Assembly (NCBI GenBank): GCA_945889325.1
Contig: CAMDBH010000001.1
Span: forward strand, 27,096 to 91,095
DNA from: Klebsiella pneumoniae
GTDB lineage: Bacteria; Myxococcota_A; UBA9042
DNA length: 64,000 nt
Reading direction: 5' to 3'
In this document: in pieces, positions 53,424 through 61,914 of the stretch
Position numbering within the stretch: the stretch's first letter is position 1
Layout of the letters: each line of letters starts with the position of its first letter
Notes under the pieces: generated by a model
What the model saw: the letters and a program-made list of their open reading frames with translations, nothing else
What the model was told of the DNA's origin: nothing
Databases searched by the model: none
Made by a program: the position numbers and the translations under genes

Positions 53424-55058
53424 ATGACAGTTGCCGTAGTCGTGTTGGCGGTCGCAGTTGTGGCTGCGGCGGGGCTGTTTCTGCTAAAACCTATTGAGCC
53501 TGAAGCGTTTATACTTGAGCACGTCGTGCCCGAGGACGCCGACGCCTTGCTCTGGCTCGATTCGCTCGCCCCATTGGCGCAAAGTTTGGCGCAGTTAGCC
53601 GCGAGGGTTCCCGGCACCGCGGGGATTTTGGACGCAGGCAAACTGGTTCTCGGCGTCGATCTGCGCGATGCCGACGCGGTTGCGCGCGCAGGTCTGCGCA
53701 ATGATGCGGGGATTTGTGTCTTTCGCTGGCACGGCGCGCTGTGGCTGATTCTACCGATTACTTCGCCCGAGGGTGGGGCACACCTTTCTAGGTTGCTGCA
53801 GGGCCGCGGTTACAGAGTGGGGCCAGGTCTGGGTGCATTCGAAGATCTGCAAAATCATTGGGACATTTTTGATCGCCAACAGGACAAGGTCGCAATAGCG
53901 CACTTGTTCCAGTCCGGCGCGGCGGCGATCTTGCGCTGGCAAATTGCGCCTCGGCCCGCAGACCACGCCAGCGCCGAGTACACTGCTTGGCGCAAAGCCG
54001 CACACATGAAGGAAAAAGCGCTGCACGGCGCCCAAGGGCAAATGCACCTGCGCATGGCGTGGCAAAAAGAGGGCCCAGAAATTGCCGCTTTGCACACGGC
54101 GCTGGGGATTGGCAACTTGGTATTTAGCGGCGCGTTGGACAAAATAGTGAGGATGGAGGCTGACTTTGATATGGCCGCCGGCAAGCCGACCTTGCGAATT
54201 GAATTGGCCTGTCAGCCGGGCGATCTGGCTGAGATTGCAAAATTTCACCAGAATTTTGTCGTGTCTACCGGACCCGGTCTGCTGGATCTCGGCGCGTTGC
54301 TGCCCGATGAAACGCCGTTGTTTTGGCGCGGGCGTCTGAACCCCGCGATTTTGAACATGTTACCCTCGACGCTGCGCGATCGATTCCTGCCCGCGGCGCT
54401 GCTCAGTTTTTGGCATCCTTCCTTGCAAGGGGTCGACGCGCGTTCTGACTTGATCGCGTTTCTGGACGGTCAGGTCGCCGCCGGGTTGCTGGGTGTTGCC
54501 GACGATTTCCCTCTAGATCCCTATCTTTGGACGCCGGCAACCTTGCGCAAAGGCCTGCGGGCTTTCGTGGCCGTGTCGCTTCAAACTGACACCCAAGCCG
54601 CCCATTTCATGGACCGCGTCCGGTCGGCGATCGACACCAGCAGCGAAAAGGCCGTTTCGGTTCAAATGCTTGAATTTAGCGGCTTTTCTGTGGCCGATCC
54701 ACAGGGACCTTGGCTGATGTTGCGCAAGGACGCCCAAGTCGTTTTGGTCAGCGGCATCGGGGCTCAAGACGACTTGCAACACATTGCAGACGGCAAATTC
54801 CCCAGCCTGCAGGCGGCAGTGCGCGGCGAGCTGGAGAAATCCGCGGTCCACGGCGCCCAGCTCTGGACCGCACTGCTCACGAGTACGCCGCGCATCGCGC
54901 GTTCGCTGCGCCGCCGCGGCGTGCCAGATTATGTAGTGCAAATGCTAGCATCGGTCGCTGCCGTGGCCACGACTGTGCAATGGACGCAGGACGGCCTGCA
55001 GATTCGTTTGGCGCTGCGTCCGAGCGAACTCGATGCCGATGCAGGGGAGGCGCCGTGA
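53424..55058 (+). CDS. Hypothetical membrane-anchored protein
   Basis: 544-aa ORF in operon orientation with an N-terminal hydrophobic helix. No family recognised. Confidence 0.65.
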   Translation: MTVAVVVLAVAVVAAAGLFLLKPIEPEAFILEHVVPEDADALLWLDSLAPLAQSLAQLAARVPGTAGILDAGKLVLGVDLRDADAVARAGLRNDAGICVFRWHGALWLILPITSPEGGAHLSRLLQGRGYRVGPGLGAFEDLQNHWDIFDRQQDKVAIAHLFQSGAAAILRWQIAPRPADHASAEYTAWRKAAHMKEKALHGAQGQMHLRMAWQKEGPEIAALHTALGIGNLVFSGALDKIVRMEADFDMAAGKPTLRIELACQPGDLAEIAKFHQNFVVSTGPGLLDLGALLPDETPLFWRGRLNPAILNMLPSTLRDRFLPAALLSFWHPSLQGVDARSDLIAFLDGQVAAGLLGVADDFPLDPYLWTPATLRKGLRAFVAVSLQTDTQAAHFMDRVRSAIDTSSEKAVSVQMLEFSGFSVADPQGPWLMLRKDAQVVLVSGIGAQDDLQHIADGKFPSLQAAVRGELEKSAVHGAQLWTALLTSTPRIARSLRRRGVPDYVVQMLASVAAVATTVQWTQDGLQIRLALRPSELDADAGEAP

Positions 55059-55090
55059 GAGCGTGTGAAAAATCCTTTTTTCACGCTCTC
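55057..55090. repeat. 34-bp palindrome overlapping a stop codon
   Basis: gagagcgtgtgaaaaatccttttttcacgctctc. Confidence 0.7.
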
Positions 55091-55215
55091 GATTGGGGTC
55101 TGGTATTGGCAATTTCTGCCAATCGACCCAAAGTGGGCTCGGATTCAAATTTCTGGTTCCAGTAATATCATTATCTTACGGAGCGTCCATGCAGAAACTG
55201 CTAATACCTGACCCC

Positions 55216-55255
55216 GCTCAGAGGCTGTGAAATGAATATTTCACAGCCTCTGAGC
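55216..55255. repeat. 40-bp palindromic dispersed repeat, copy 1
   Basis: gctcagaggctgtgaaat-gaat-atttcacagcctctgagc, with perfect 18-bp arms. Confidence 0.9.
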
Positions 55256-55996
55256 GAGCTGCCACAAATTCCCGCACCCATAGCGCAACCCGTTGGCGCA
55301 ACTGCACTATTGGCGATCGACGCGCGACAATTGAACCGCACTTTTGCCATTGTCGGCGCGACCGTCCAAGCGCTGGTGAACGTCGACTTGGCGATTGCGC
55401 CTAAGGAAATCGTTGCGATCATCGGGCGTTCTGGCGCGGGCAAATCGACGTTGCTCAATCTGATCGGCGCGCTGGATCGTCAATACCAAGGCGAGTTGCG
55501 GGTCTTCGGTCAGGAGTTGAAGTCGCTGTCCGATGCGCAGCTATCGCGTTTTCGCAATCGACAAATCGGCTTTGTTTTTCAGGCATTCCAGTTGTTACCC
55601 AACATTTCCGTCGGTGAAAATGTCATGCTCCCCGCCTATTTTGGCAGCGACTTGGCCCAAAGCGAGATCGAACGCCGCGCGCGCTGGCTGCTCGGTGAGA
55701 TGGAACTGTCGGCACGATTTGATCAAAACCCGCAACAAATGTCGGGCGGCGAGAGGCAGCGCGTCGCCATTGCCCGCGCCCTGTTGCTGGAGCCACCGCT
55801 GCTGGTCTGCGACGAACCGACGGGCAGCCTCGACGCCGCGACGGCGCAACAAATCTTGCAACTATTCAATAGTATTCGGGATAAATTTGGGACAACCTTG
55901 GTGATGGTGACACACGATCCGTCAGTTGCGGCCGCAGCCGATCGCGTCATTACGCTTGATCGCGGCCTTGTCGCCAGCAACACGGAGGTCGCGTGA
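55232..55996 (+). CDS. LolD/MacB-type ABC ATPase (5' end altered by the palindrome)
   Basis: GRSGAGKST, IGFVFQ, MSGGERQRVAIARAL, DEPTGSLD and VTHD. Confidence 0.9.
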   Translation: MNISQPLSELPQIPAPIAQPVGATALLAIDARQLNRTFAIVGATVQALVNVDLAIAPKEIVAIIGRSGAGKSTLLNLIGALDRQYQGELRVFGQELKSLSDAQLSRFRNRQIGFVFQAFQLLPNISVGENVMLPAYFGSDLAQSEIERRARWLLGEMELSARFDQNPQQMSGGERQRVAIARALLLEPPLLVCDEPTGSLDAATAQQILQLFNSIRDKFGTTLVMVTHDPSVAAAADRVITLDRGLVASNTEVA

Positions 55997-57672
55997 AGCT
56001 GCGGCGCCTTGTGGGCTTGATCGTCGGCAATCTGATCGCCAGCCGCGTCCGCGCGCTGCTGGCGATGGTCGGTATCGTGGTCGGCACTGCTTTGCTGGTG
56101 TTTTTCCTAGGTCTTGGTCAGGGCTTGCGCGAACGTGTGCTCAACCGGATTTTTCCGGTGAACCAGTTGGAAATTGAGCCCCAAGCCGTTCAATTGTTTG
56201 GCACCCAGCAGGTGATCGGCCAAGCGCCGCTCGACGATGCACGCGTGAAACAAGTGGCGGCGATTCCCGGGGTGATGCGCGCGTTTGGCAAGCAAAAATC
56301 GAGTTTTCCCGCGCGGTTATGGGGCGGAAAAGAAATTTTGGGCTACAACCTTTTTACGGAAGCCTTTTTCGACGGCATGCCCGTCGGCATCCTCGCCGAT
56401 GAACTCGCTGAATTCGAAGATGTAACCGGCAAACGCGCCAAAGCCGCCAAGCGCAAAGTCCAACGCTGTGACGTCGACATCGATTGCGACGCCGGTGCAC
56501 AATGCCATGAAAGTGCATGTGAAACTGTGATCTGGGCGAGGCTTTGGCAAGACAACCCGCTGGTGCAGTTGCCGTGTGGCAATGACGGCGACTGCCTCGA
56601 CGGGACTTGCGCGCAGGGCATCTGCCATCGCGCGGATGCGCCCGCGCCGCAGCGCTGCAGCGTGCCCGCCAGCGCTGGCAACGGCCGCGACATGGATTTT
56701 GACAAGGAACACGGGCAGCTAGCGGTCGCGTGCGCCGAACCCGGCGGCTTTTGCAAGGGCGTCGGCACCTGCCCCCCCAACCAGTACTGCGCCACCGACA
56801 ACCCCGACAGCGTGTGGGGCTGGTGCGAATCGCCGCTGCCCGCTGTGCTCAATCCGCTGTTGCTGGAAGTGTTTAACTCCGATATGGCGCGATCGCTGGG
56901 TGCCGCGCCGGTGGGATCTTTGGCCGTGCTCTATGGCGTGCGTTTTCACGTCGCGCTGGGCGATTCGTTCTTCACCAAAGACGCCGAGCGCAACCGCCAA
57001 CAGTACAAGCAGGCGATCGTGGTTGGTTTTTCGCGCAAAGCCCCAGAACTCGGCCTAGCAATGCCGCTGTCTGTAGTCCGCCACTACAATGCGCGCCTGC
57101 GCGGCGCTGAAGCTGCACGGCTGTTCGACGCTGTTTTGCTGGAAACCTCTGACAACCAAGACATTCCTTCGGTCGTTGCGGCCACCGAGTCTCTCGGCTT
57201 CTCTTTGAGCCGCAAGTCTCGCGCCGCGCGCACGTTTGGTACCGTCGTGCTTGTGGTGTCGCTGGCGCTGATGTTGTTGGCAGCGATCGTGCTCGTGGTG
57301 GCGGCGACCCAGATTGCTCAAACCTTTGCCATGCTTGTGCATGAACGGCGCAAAGAGATCGCCGTGTTGCGGGCGCTAGGGGCTGCCCAAACCACCATCG
57401 CAGGTCTTGTTTTGGGCGAAGCGGCGGCGATCGGCCTTATCGGTGGATCTCTCGGATCCGCAGTGGCTTATGCCGCGGCTGCGGCCGTCGACTTCGCCGC
57501 CAAGACCGTGCTTGAACGCGTCCCATTGGTTCCCGACGGCTTTTTTGTGTTTCCGTGGTGGGCGGCGCCGCTGGCGGTCAGCGTGGCACTAATTTTTTGC
57601 TGTGCGGGTGCGCTGTTACCCGCATTGCGCGCCGCGCGGGTCGATCCGGCGCGGGTGCTGTCCGAATCTTAG
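55993..57672 (+). CDS. FtsX/MacB-type ABC permease with Cys-rich periplasmic insertion
   Basis: TM1 LAMVGIVVGTALLVFFLGLG, ERRKEIAVLRALGA, LPALRAARVDP and an internal Cys-rich block. Confidence 0.85.
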   Translation: MKLRRLVGLIVGNLIASRVRALLAMVGIVVGTALLVFFLGLGQGLRERVLNRIFPVNQLEIEPQAVQLFGTQQVIGQAPLDDARVKQVAAIPGVMRAFGKQKSSFPARLWGGKEILGYNLFTEAFFDGMPVGILADELAEFEDVTGKRAKAAKRKVQRCDVDIDCDAGAQCHESACETVIWARLWQDNPLVQLPCGNDGDCLDGTCAQGICHRADAPAPQRCSVPASAGNGRDMDFDKEHGQLAVACAEPGGFCKGVGTCPPNQYCATDNPDSVWGWCESPLPAVLNPLLLEVFNSDMARSLGAAPVGSLAVLYGVRFHVALGDSFFTKDAERNRQQYKQAIVVGFSRKAPELGLAMPLSVVRHYNARLRGAEAARLFDAVLLETSDNQDIPSVVAATESLGFSLSRKSRAARTFGTVVLVVSLALMLLAAIVLVVAATQIAQTFAMLVHERRKEIAVLRALGAAQTTIAGLVLGEAAAIGLIGGSLGSAVAYAAAAAVDFAAKTVLERVPLVPDGFFVFPWWAAPLAVSVALIFCCAGALLPALRAARVDPARVLSES

Positions 57673-57794
57673 GAGTCGTGCAAAAATAACTCGATCGAGT
57701 TATTTGAACGCAAGGAGCCGCGAACCGCATAGGTGAGCTTGGCGACCCCAGCAAAACTGTCAGACAAATGTGCAAGTTATTCTTGCACAGCGCC
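57672..57794. mobile_element. 123-bp MITE with TTA target duplication
   Basis: Left end ggagtcgtgcaaaaataact versus reverse-complemented right end ggcgctgtgcaagaataact (16/20). TTA lies at 57669-57671 and 57795-57797. Confidence 0.7.
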
Positions 57795-58379
57795 TTAGCG
57801 AAACGGGATCGACAGGACAAAGGCCGCGTCCGCCCGATTTTCACCACTGATATCTGCGTCTTGCTGACCCAATTGCCCCAAGACAATCGCGTGGATCGTT
57901 TGTTGCAGCCACTGCCACGTCGGGTCGTGGACAAATTCACCGCGCAACGTGACGACAATCCCCCAAGGCTCGGCCAGCGAGGAAACTTCGAGCTCCCTGT
58001 AAATATAGCGATAAGTTTCTTCAATCCGCTTGTAGGCCTGCCGCACGCCCATCGCCCGCAGGCCCAAACGCCCCAGCATGCCGACCTCGCCATGCACAAA
58101 TGCGTCCAACTTCACAGCGAGTTGCACAAAATCGCCTTGCGCGGCCAACTCGCGCAAACCGTGCAAAAGCGCGATCTGCACCCCCAACGGCAACCAAACG
58201 TCGTTGGCAGGGCATTGGGACAGGTGCTGCTCAGTTAGCCCTGTAAATTCGCGCAATTCATCCGGATTGACGCCAAGCTCACGCGCCAGACGCGGCCAAT
58301 CGCGCAGCGCAACCCCGCGCACGTGCCCCGGCATCGCGAGCCACTGCGACAATACGCCGTTGTCAGTAGTGTCGCTCAA
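57795..58379 (-). CDS. Hypothetical protein, possibly DUF2378/H-NOX-like ligand-binding fold (start 58379 TTG or 58334 ATG)
   Basis: GHVRGVAL...DVWLPL pattern, helical N-part and beta C-part, directly downstream of the prenyltransferase fusion. Confidence 0.5.
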   Translation of the reverse strand: MSDTTDNGVLSQWLAMPGHVRGVALRDWPRLARELGVNPDELREFTGLTEQHLSQCPANDVWLPLGVQIALLHGLRELAAQGDFVQLAVKLDAFVHGEVGMLGRLGLRAMGVRQAYKRIEETYRYIYRELEVSSLAEPWGIVVTLRGEFVHDPTWQWLQQTIHAIVLGQLGQQDADISGENRADAAFVLSIPFR

Positions 58380-60597
58380 GCACGTACCAACCAAAGGCCC
58401 GCAACATGACTTTGGGCAGCGAATCCTCAACCAAGGGGCTCAGTTGCTGCCAAGCGGCTTCGACCAGTTCGGCGGCTTGATCGGCGCAGGCCTGCAAAGC
58501 ACCGCACTGCTCCAAAAGCGCGATCGCTTCCTCGATGAGCGCTTGATCATTGGTTTTTTGCTGGACCGTGTGCCACAACCATTGGCGTTGCGGCAGGTCG
58601 AGCAGCGCCATGGCTTTGGCGATGGGCAGCGTAACCTTGCCGTGGGCAATGTCTTCACCGCGGGCCTTCAAATTGCCGCGAAAACCGCGCAAATTCAGCA
58701 CATCGTCGATGATTTGGAAGGCCAAGCCGACCGATTCAAAAAAACGCCCGACGCCCTCGATCTGGGCCTCACTGCCGTGACCGGCTACGGCGCCCATGCG
58801 CGCCAAACTAGCGGCAGGCGTTGCGGTTTTCAGCCGGTGGACGGCCAGCACACGCCGCACAAGTTCATCGCCCTGCCCGTTGGCCACGGCCACCGGCATG
58901 ATGCGATCCAAGCCGTCCAAATCCAACGCTTGACCGGCATGGCCGGCGCGCAAACTTTCAAAATAAAGGTCGTAGATCAGTAACTTATCAGCCGACGACA
59001 TTTTGTCGGACACCAGCAGTTTTTGCCCCAAAAAGTAGCAGGCCGTACCAGCGTTGATCGCCAGTGCCTCGCCGTAGATCAAATGCGCGGTCGGTCCACC
59101 GCGCCGAACCATCGATTTGTCCTGAACATCGTCGACAATGAGGGAGCCTACGTGCATCAATTCCGGCATCGCCAACCACTGCACGTACTCGCGCGAATCG
59201 CCGCCAACCACGTCGCAGCAAGCCAAAGCCGCATAACTGCGCCAAGATTTGCCACCTCGATCGGTGATATCGCGGACGGGATCGACCATGGTGCGGGCGA
59301 ATTGTTCAATATCGACGCCATCCATGGCCTGCGGACGTTGGGCGCTGGCGATCAGATCGCGGGTTTGTTCCCACGAGGGTCGGCGCGGCAGCAAGGCTTC
59401 CACAGATTTGCGCACCTGCTTGCCAACTGCTTGGAAAAATCCATCCAAATCAGCAATATCGCCAAGGCCGCTGCGTTCAACGTAGCCCAAGCCGGTGATC
59501 GGCACACCGTTCTTGCTACCCGCGACGCTGCTGCGCCCCTCCCAAAAGGCGGGTTTTGAAATTAGTGTAATAAATTCTTGATCTTCCAAAACCGCGTCGA
59601 TCGACAATGCCAAGCCGGCTGACGGAATCTCCAAGCGCCAATGGGTCGGATATTCCTGAAAAGTTCGGGTGCTGACCCAAGTTTTGTCTTCGACAAAGGC
59701 GACGTCGCTGTGCTCGCTCCGGCTGCCATCGGCGGCCACGACAATGGCGCGGGTGGCGTGCAGTCGCCCGTCTTTGCCGTGGATCAACGCATACGCCGTG
59801 ATTTCACTGCCATCGTCCAGTTGGGCGCCGAACCAGTTCCAGCCGATGTCCTCGTCCTCTTGCACCTTGGGCGTGTTTTTGTTGTGGCGGCCAAATTCGT
59901 GATCGTACCAACCTTGGGCGCTGGCGATTTTCTCTTCACCGCCAGCCAGAAGGATTTTTCCCGTGACTTCACAGCGCGGGAGGAAGTAATAAAACATGTC
60001 CTCGCCCGAAACACCGCGAACGACACCATTTTCCCCATGACGAATCGGGCCTTTGCGCGGGGTCAGCGTCAGATCACAGCCCAATTGCAAACGTTCATGC
60101 CGCAAATGCAGCGCGTAACTGCCGTCGGGGTTTTTGGCGAAAGTATTGCCGTCGAAATCCAGTTCGAGTGCATTTTCATTCACAAATACGTCGCCGATGA
60201 ACATGCGATCGGGATACGGCACCTTGCCCGTGTTGAGCACTTCGCGCATGGCGCGGCGCAGTCGATTGTCTTTTGTGCCTTCGCCGCGCTCGATCTGGCC
60301 CAGCCCCATGCGCGGTGCATCCTTGTCAACCCGCGATTCCGAAATATATTTTCCGCTGGAAGCATCGGTCAACGCCCATGTCATAGAATGAGCGTGGCGC
60401 AACGCCAAAGTTTTTTCATCTTGGGCTTTGACAATGCGAAAGAACGACGCAAAAATTGAAATATTACGGCGGCTTTCGGTCACGCCGTGGGCGTTGACGT
60501 ACCACCATTCGGTCGTTGAAGAGGCGTGCGGCAGATCGTGCAGCGCCAAGTCAATCGGCCCGTCGTGGGGCCAATCGAGGGGAAACGTCGAGGTCAT
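58363..60597 (-). CDS. Fusion protein: AttH/CrtC-like beta-barrel domain + trans-isoprenyl diphosphate synthase
   Basis: N-half has TEWWY, GWYDHEFG, GWNWF..QLDDG, YPTHW, DQE, FWEG and GYVE. C-half has GGKSWR, DDVQD..RRG, GQALD, KT, FQIIDDVLN and GEDI..GKVT. GGAG precedes ATG 60597. Confidence 0.88.
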   Translation of the reverse strand: MTSTFPLDWPHDGPIDLALHDLPHASSTTEWWYVNAHGVTESRRNISIFASFFRIVKAQDEKTLALRHAHSMTWALTDASSGKYISESRVDKDAPRMGLGQIERGEGTKDNRLRRAMREVLNTGKVPYPDRMFIGDVFVNENALELDFDGNTFAKNPDGSYALHLRHERLQLGCDLTLTPRKGPIRHGENGVVRGVSGEDMFYYFLPRCEVTGKILLAGGEEKIASAQGWYDHEFGRHNKNTPKVQEDEDIGWNWFGAQLDDGSEITAYALIHGKDGRLHATRAIVVAADGSRSEHSDVAFVEDKTWVSTRTFQEYPTHWRLEIPSAGLALSIDAVLEDQEFITLISKPAFWEGRSSVAGSKNGVPITGLGYVERSGLGDIADLDGFFQAVGKQVRKSVEALLPRRPSWEQTRDLIASAQRPQAMDGVDIEQFARTMVDPVRDITDRGGKSWRSYAALACCDVVGGDSREYVQWLAMPELMHVGSLIVDDVQDKSMVRRGGPTAHLIYGEALAINAGTACYFLGQKLLVSDKMSSADKLLIYDLYFESLRAGHAGQALDLDGLDRIMPVAVANGQGDELVRRVLAVHRLKTATPAASLARMGAVAGHGSEAQIEGVGRFFESVGLAFQIIDDVLNLRGFRGNLKARGEDIAHGKVTLPIAKAMALLDLPQRQWLWHTVQQKTNDQALIEEAIALLEQCGALQACADQAAELVEAAWQQLSPLVEDSLPKVMLRAFGWYVLERHY

Positions 60598-60752
60598 CAG
60601 CACTCCGTCACCAAGTTTGCGCGGCGGCGCCGGCCAAAGCGGCCGCACACGCGGCGCGCGCGGGCGATCGTGTGCCACATTCCGCACTTTTTCGCTACTG
60701 AACGCAGAACGTCCGCGAGGATTGCAGCAAAATGCCGCAAAATCACAAATAA

Positions 60753-61802
60753 TCAATCAAGCGACGTTGGCGGGTGGCGAAGTTGCCATGCACCCAACAG
60801 CGCGAGAACGGGCGCATCCAGCTGCGGCGCCACCAAATGCCTATCCTGTTGATCTGCTAGCAAATGATCCATCGGCAGCAAGGTGTCCGTTAGCCAAGTC
60901 GCGCGCCAAATCCGCCGTCGGCGTGTGGACGCGTCGGCCCCTCGCTCGGTCGGTTCCGGCGCGGCGATTGCCGGCCAAGGTCCTGGTTTGGCTGCAATTT
61001 CGTCGTCCGTAATCTGCCCGAGCAGGCTGGCTGTGCCGCGCAGCGTCCACAAGCCGCCGCAAGCGGTCGGCGCCGGCCACGGCAATTTGTCGACAAGCCA
61101 CTGTTCTTGCAGGACATTAATCGGCAGCCGAAAAAGGCCACCTGTGCCACGGGCCAGCGACTGCGCCGACTTTTCAATCAGCAACGCCAGATGCGCGCAC
61201 AGTTGATCGTGCGGAATTTCGGCGATCTCAGGCGGAATCTCGCGATAATAAGCGCGATTCTCTGGCGCAATCTGCAAGGGCGCCCACTGCACGCCGCGAT
61301 CGCTGAATTGCGCGACTACGCCCGCGGGTACGCTTTGGCGCGGCGCATCGCTGCCGACAATTGACTCCAACACCGTCGGATCACTAGCAATACACGTCGC
61401 GACTGAATCGATCGATGCCCACAATCGGCCCACGCCCATCGGATCGCGGGCGGCCAGAACCTGCCGTTGCCCCAAGTGAGCCACCGCCAGCGCGCCCTGC
61501 CAGCGCAGTGCCCCCAAACCGCTGGGACCTAGGTGAGCGATGGTTTCAGTCGCAATTGCACAATGATCTTGCAATTCTAGGACTATTCCGCGCACGGCCA
61601 AAGCCTGCTGCGCCGCGATATCGTTGGCCAATGCGCCGCTTAGGCAGCCGATCGCGCGGCCGTCCGAACTGCGTCGCTGTTCACCGCGGATGGCCAAAGC
61701 GATTCGGCCGGCCGAAATCACGTCGTGATCTTGCAGATTTTCCAGCCATCGCCGCACCAACGCGCTGTCATTTGGCCACATCGCCACAAAATTCGATCGC
61801 AT
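60753..61802 (-). CDS. Degenerate asparagine-synthetase-B-like protein
   Basis: GCLSGALAN, LAARDPMGVGRL, IASDPTVL and VPAG resemble the class II GATase domain, and VAPQLDAPV resembles the R.PFLD tail. There is no N-terminal Cys and no SGGLDS. Confidence 0.5.
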   Translation of the reverse strand: MRSNFVAMWPNDSALVRRWLENLQDHDVISAGRIALAIRGEQRRSSDGRAIGCLSGALANDIAAQQALAVRGIVLELQDHCAIATETIAHLGPSGLGALRWQGALAVAHLGQRQVLAARDPMGVGRLWASIDSVATCIASDPTVLESIVGSDAPRQSVPAGVVAQFSDRGVQWAPLQIAPENRAYYREIPPEIAEIPHDQLCAHLALLIEKSAQSLARGTGGLFRLPINVLQEQWLVDKLPWPAPTACGGLWTLRGTASLLGQITDDEIAAKPGPWPAIAAPEPTERGADASTRRRRIWRATWLTDTLLPMDHLLADQQDRHLVAPQLDAPVLALLGAWQLRHPPTSLD

Positions 61803-61914
61803 CCGCCGATCATGCCACACCGGCGGCGACGGGCCAAATCGGCCGAATTGTGCTTGAAAAGCGTTGCTCGAATTCGTATACTGCGCGGTTGGCGCTGATG
61901 CCGGAGGTTGCCCC

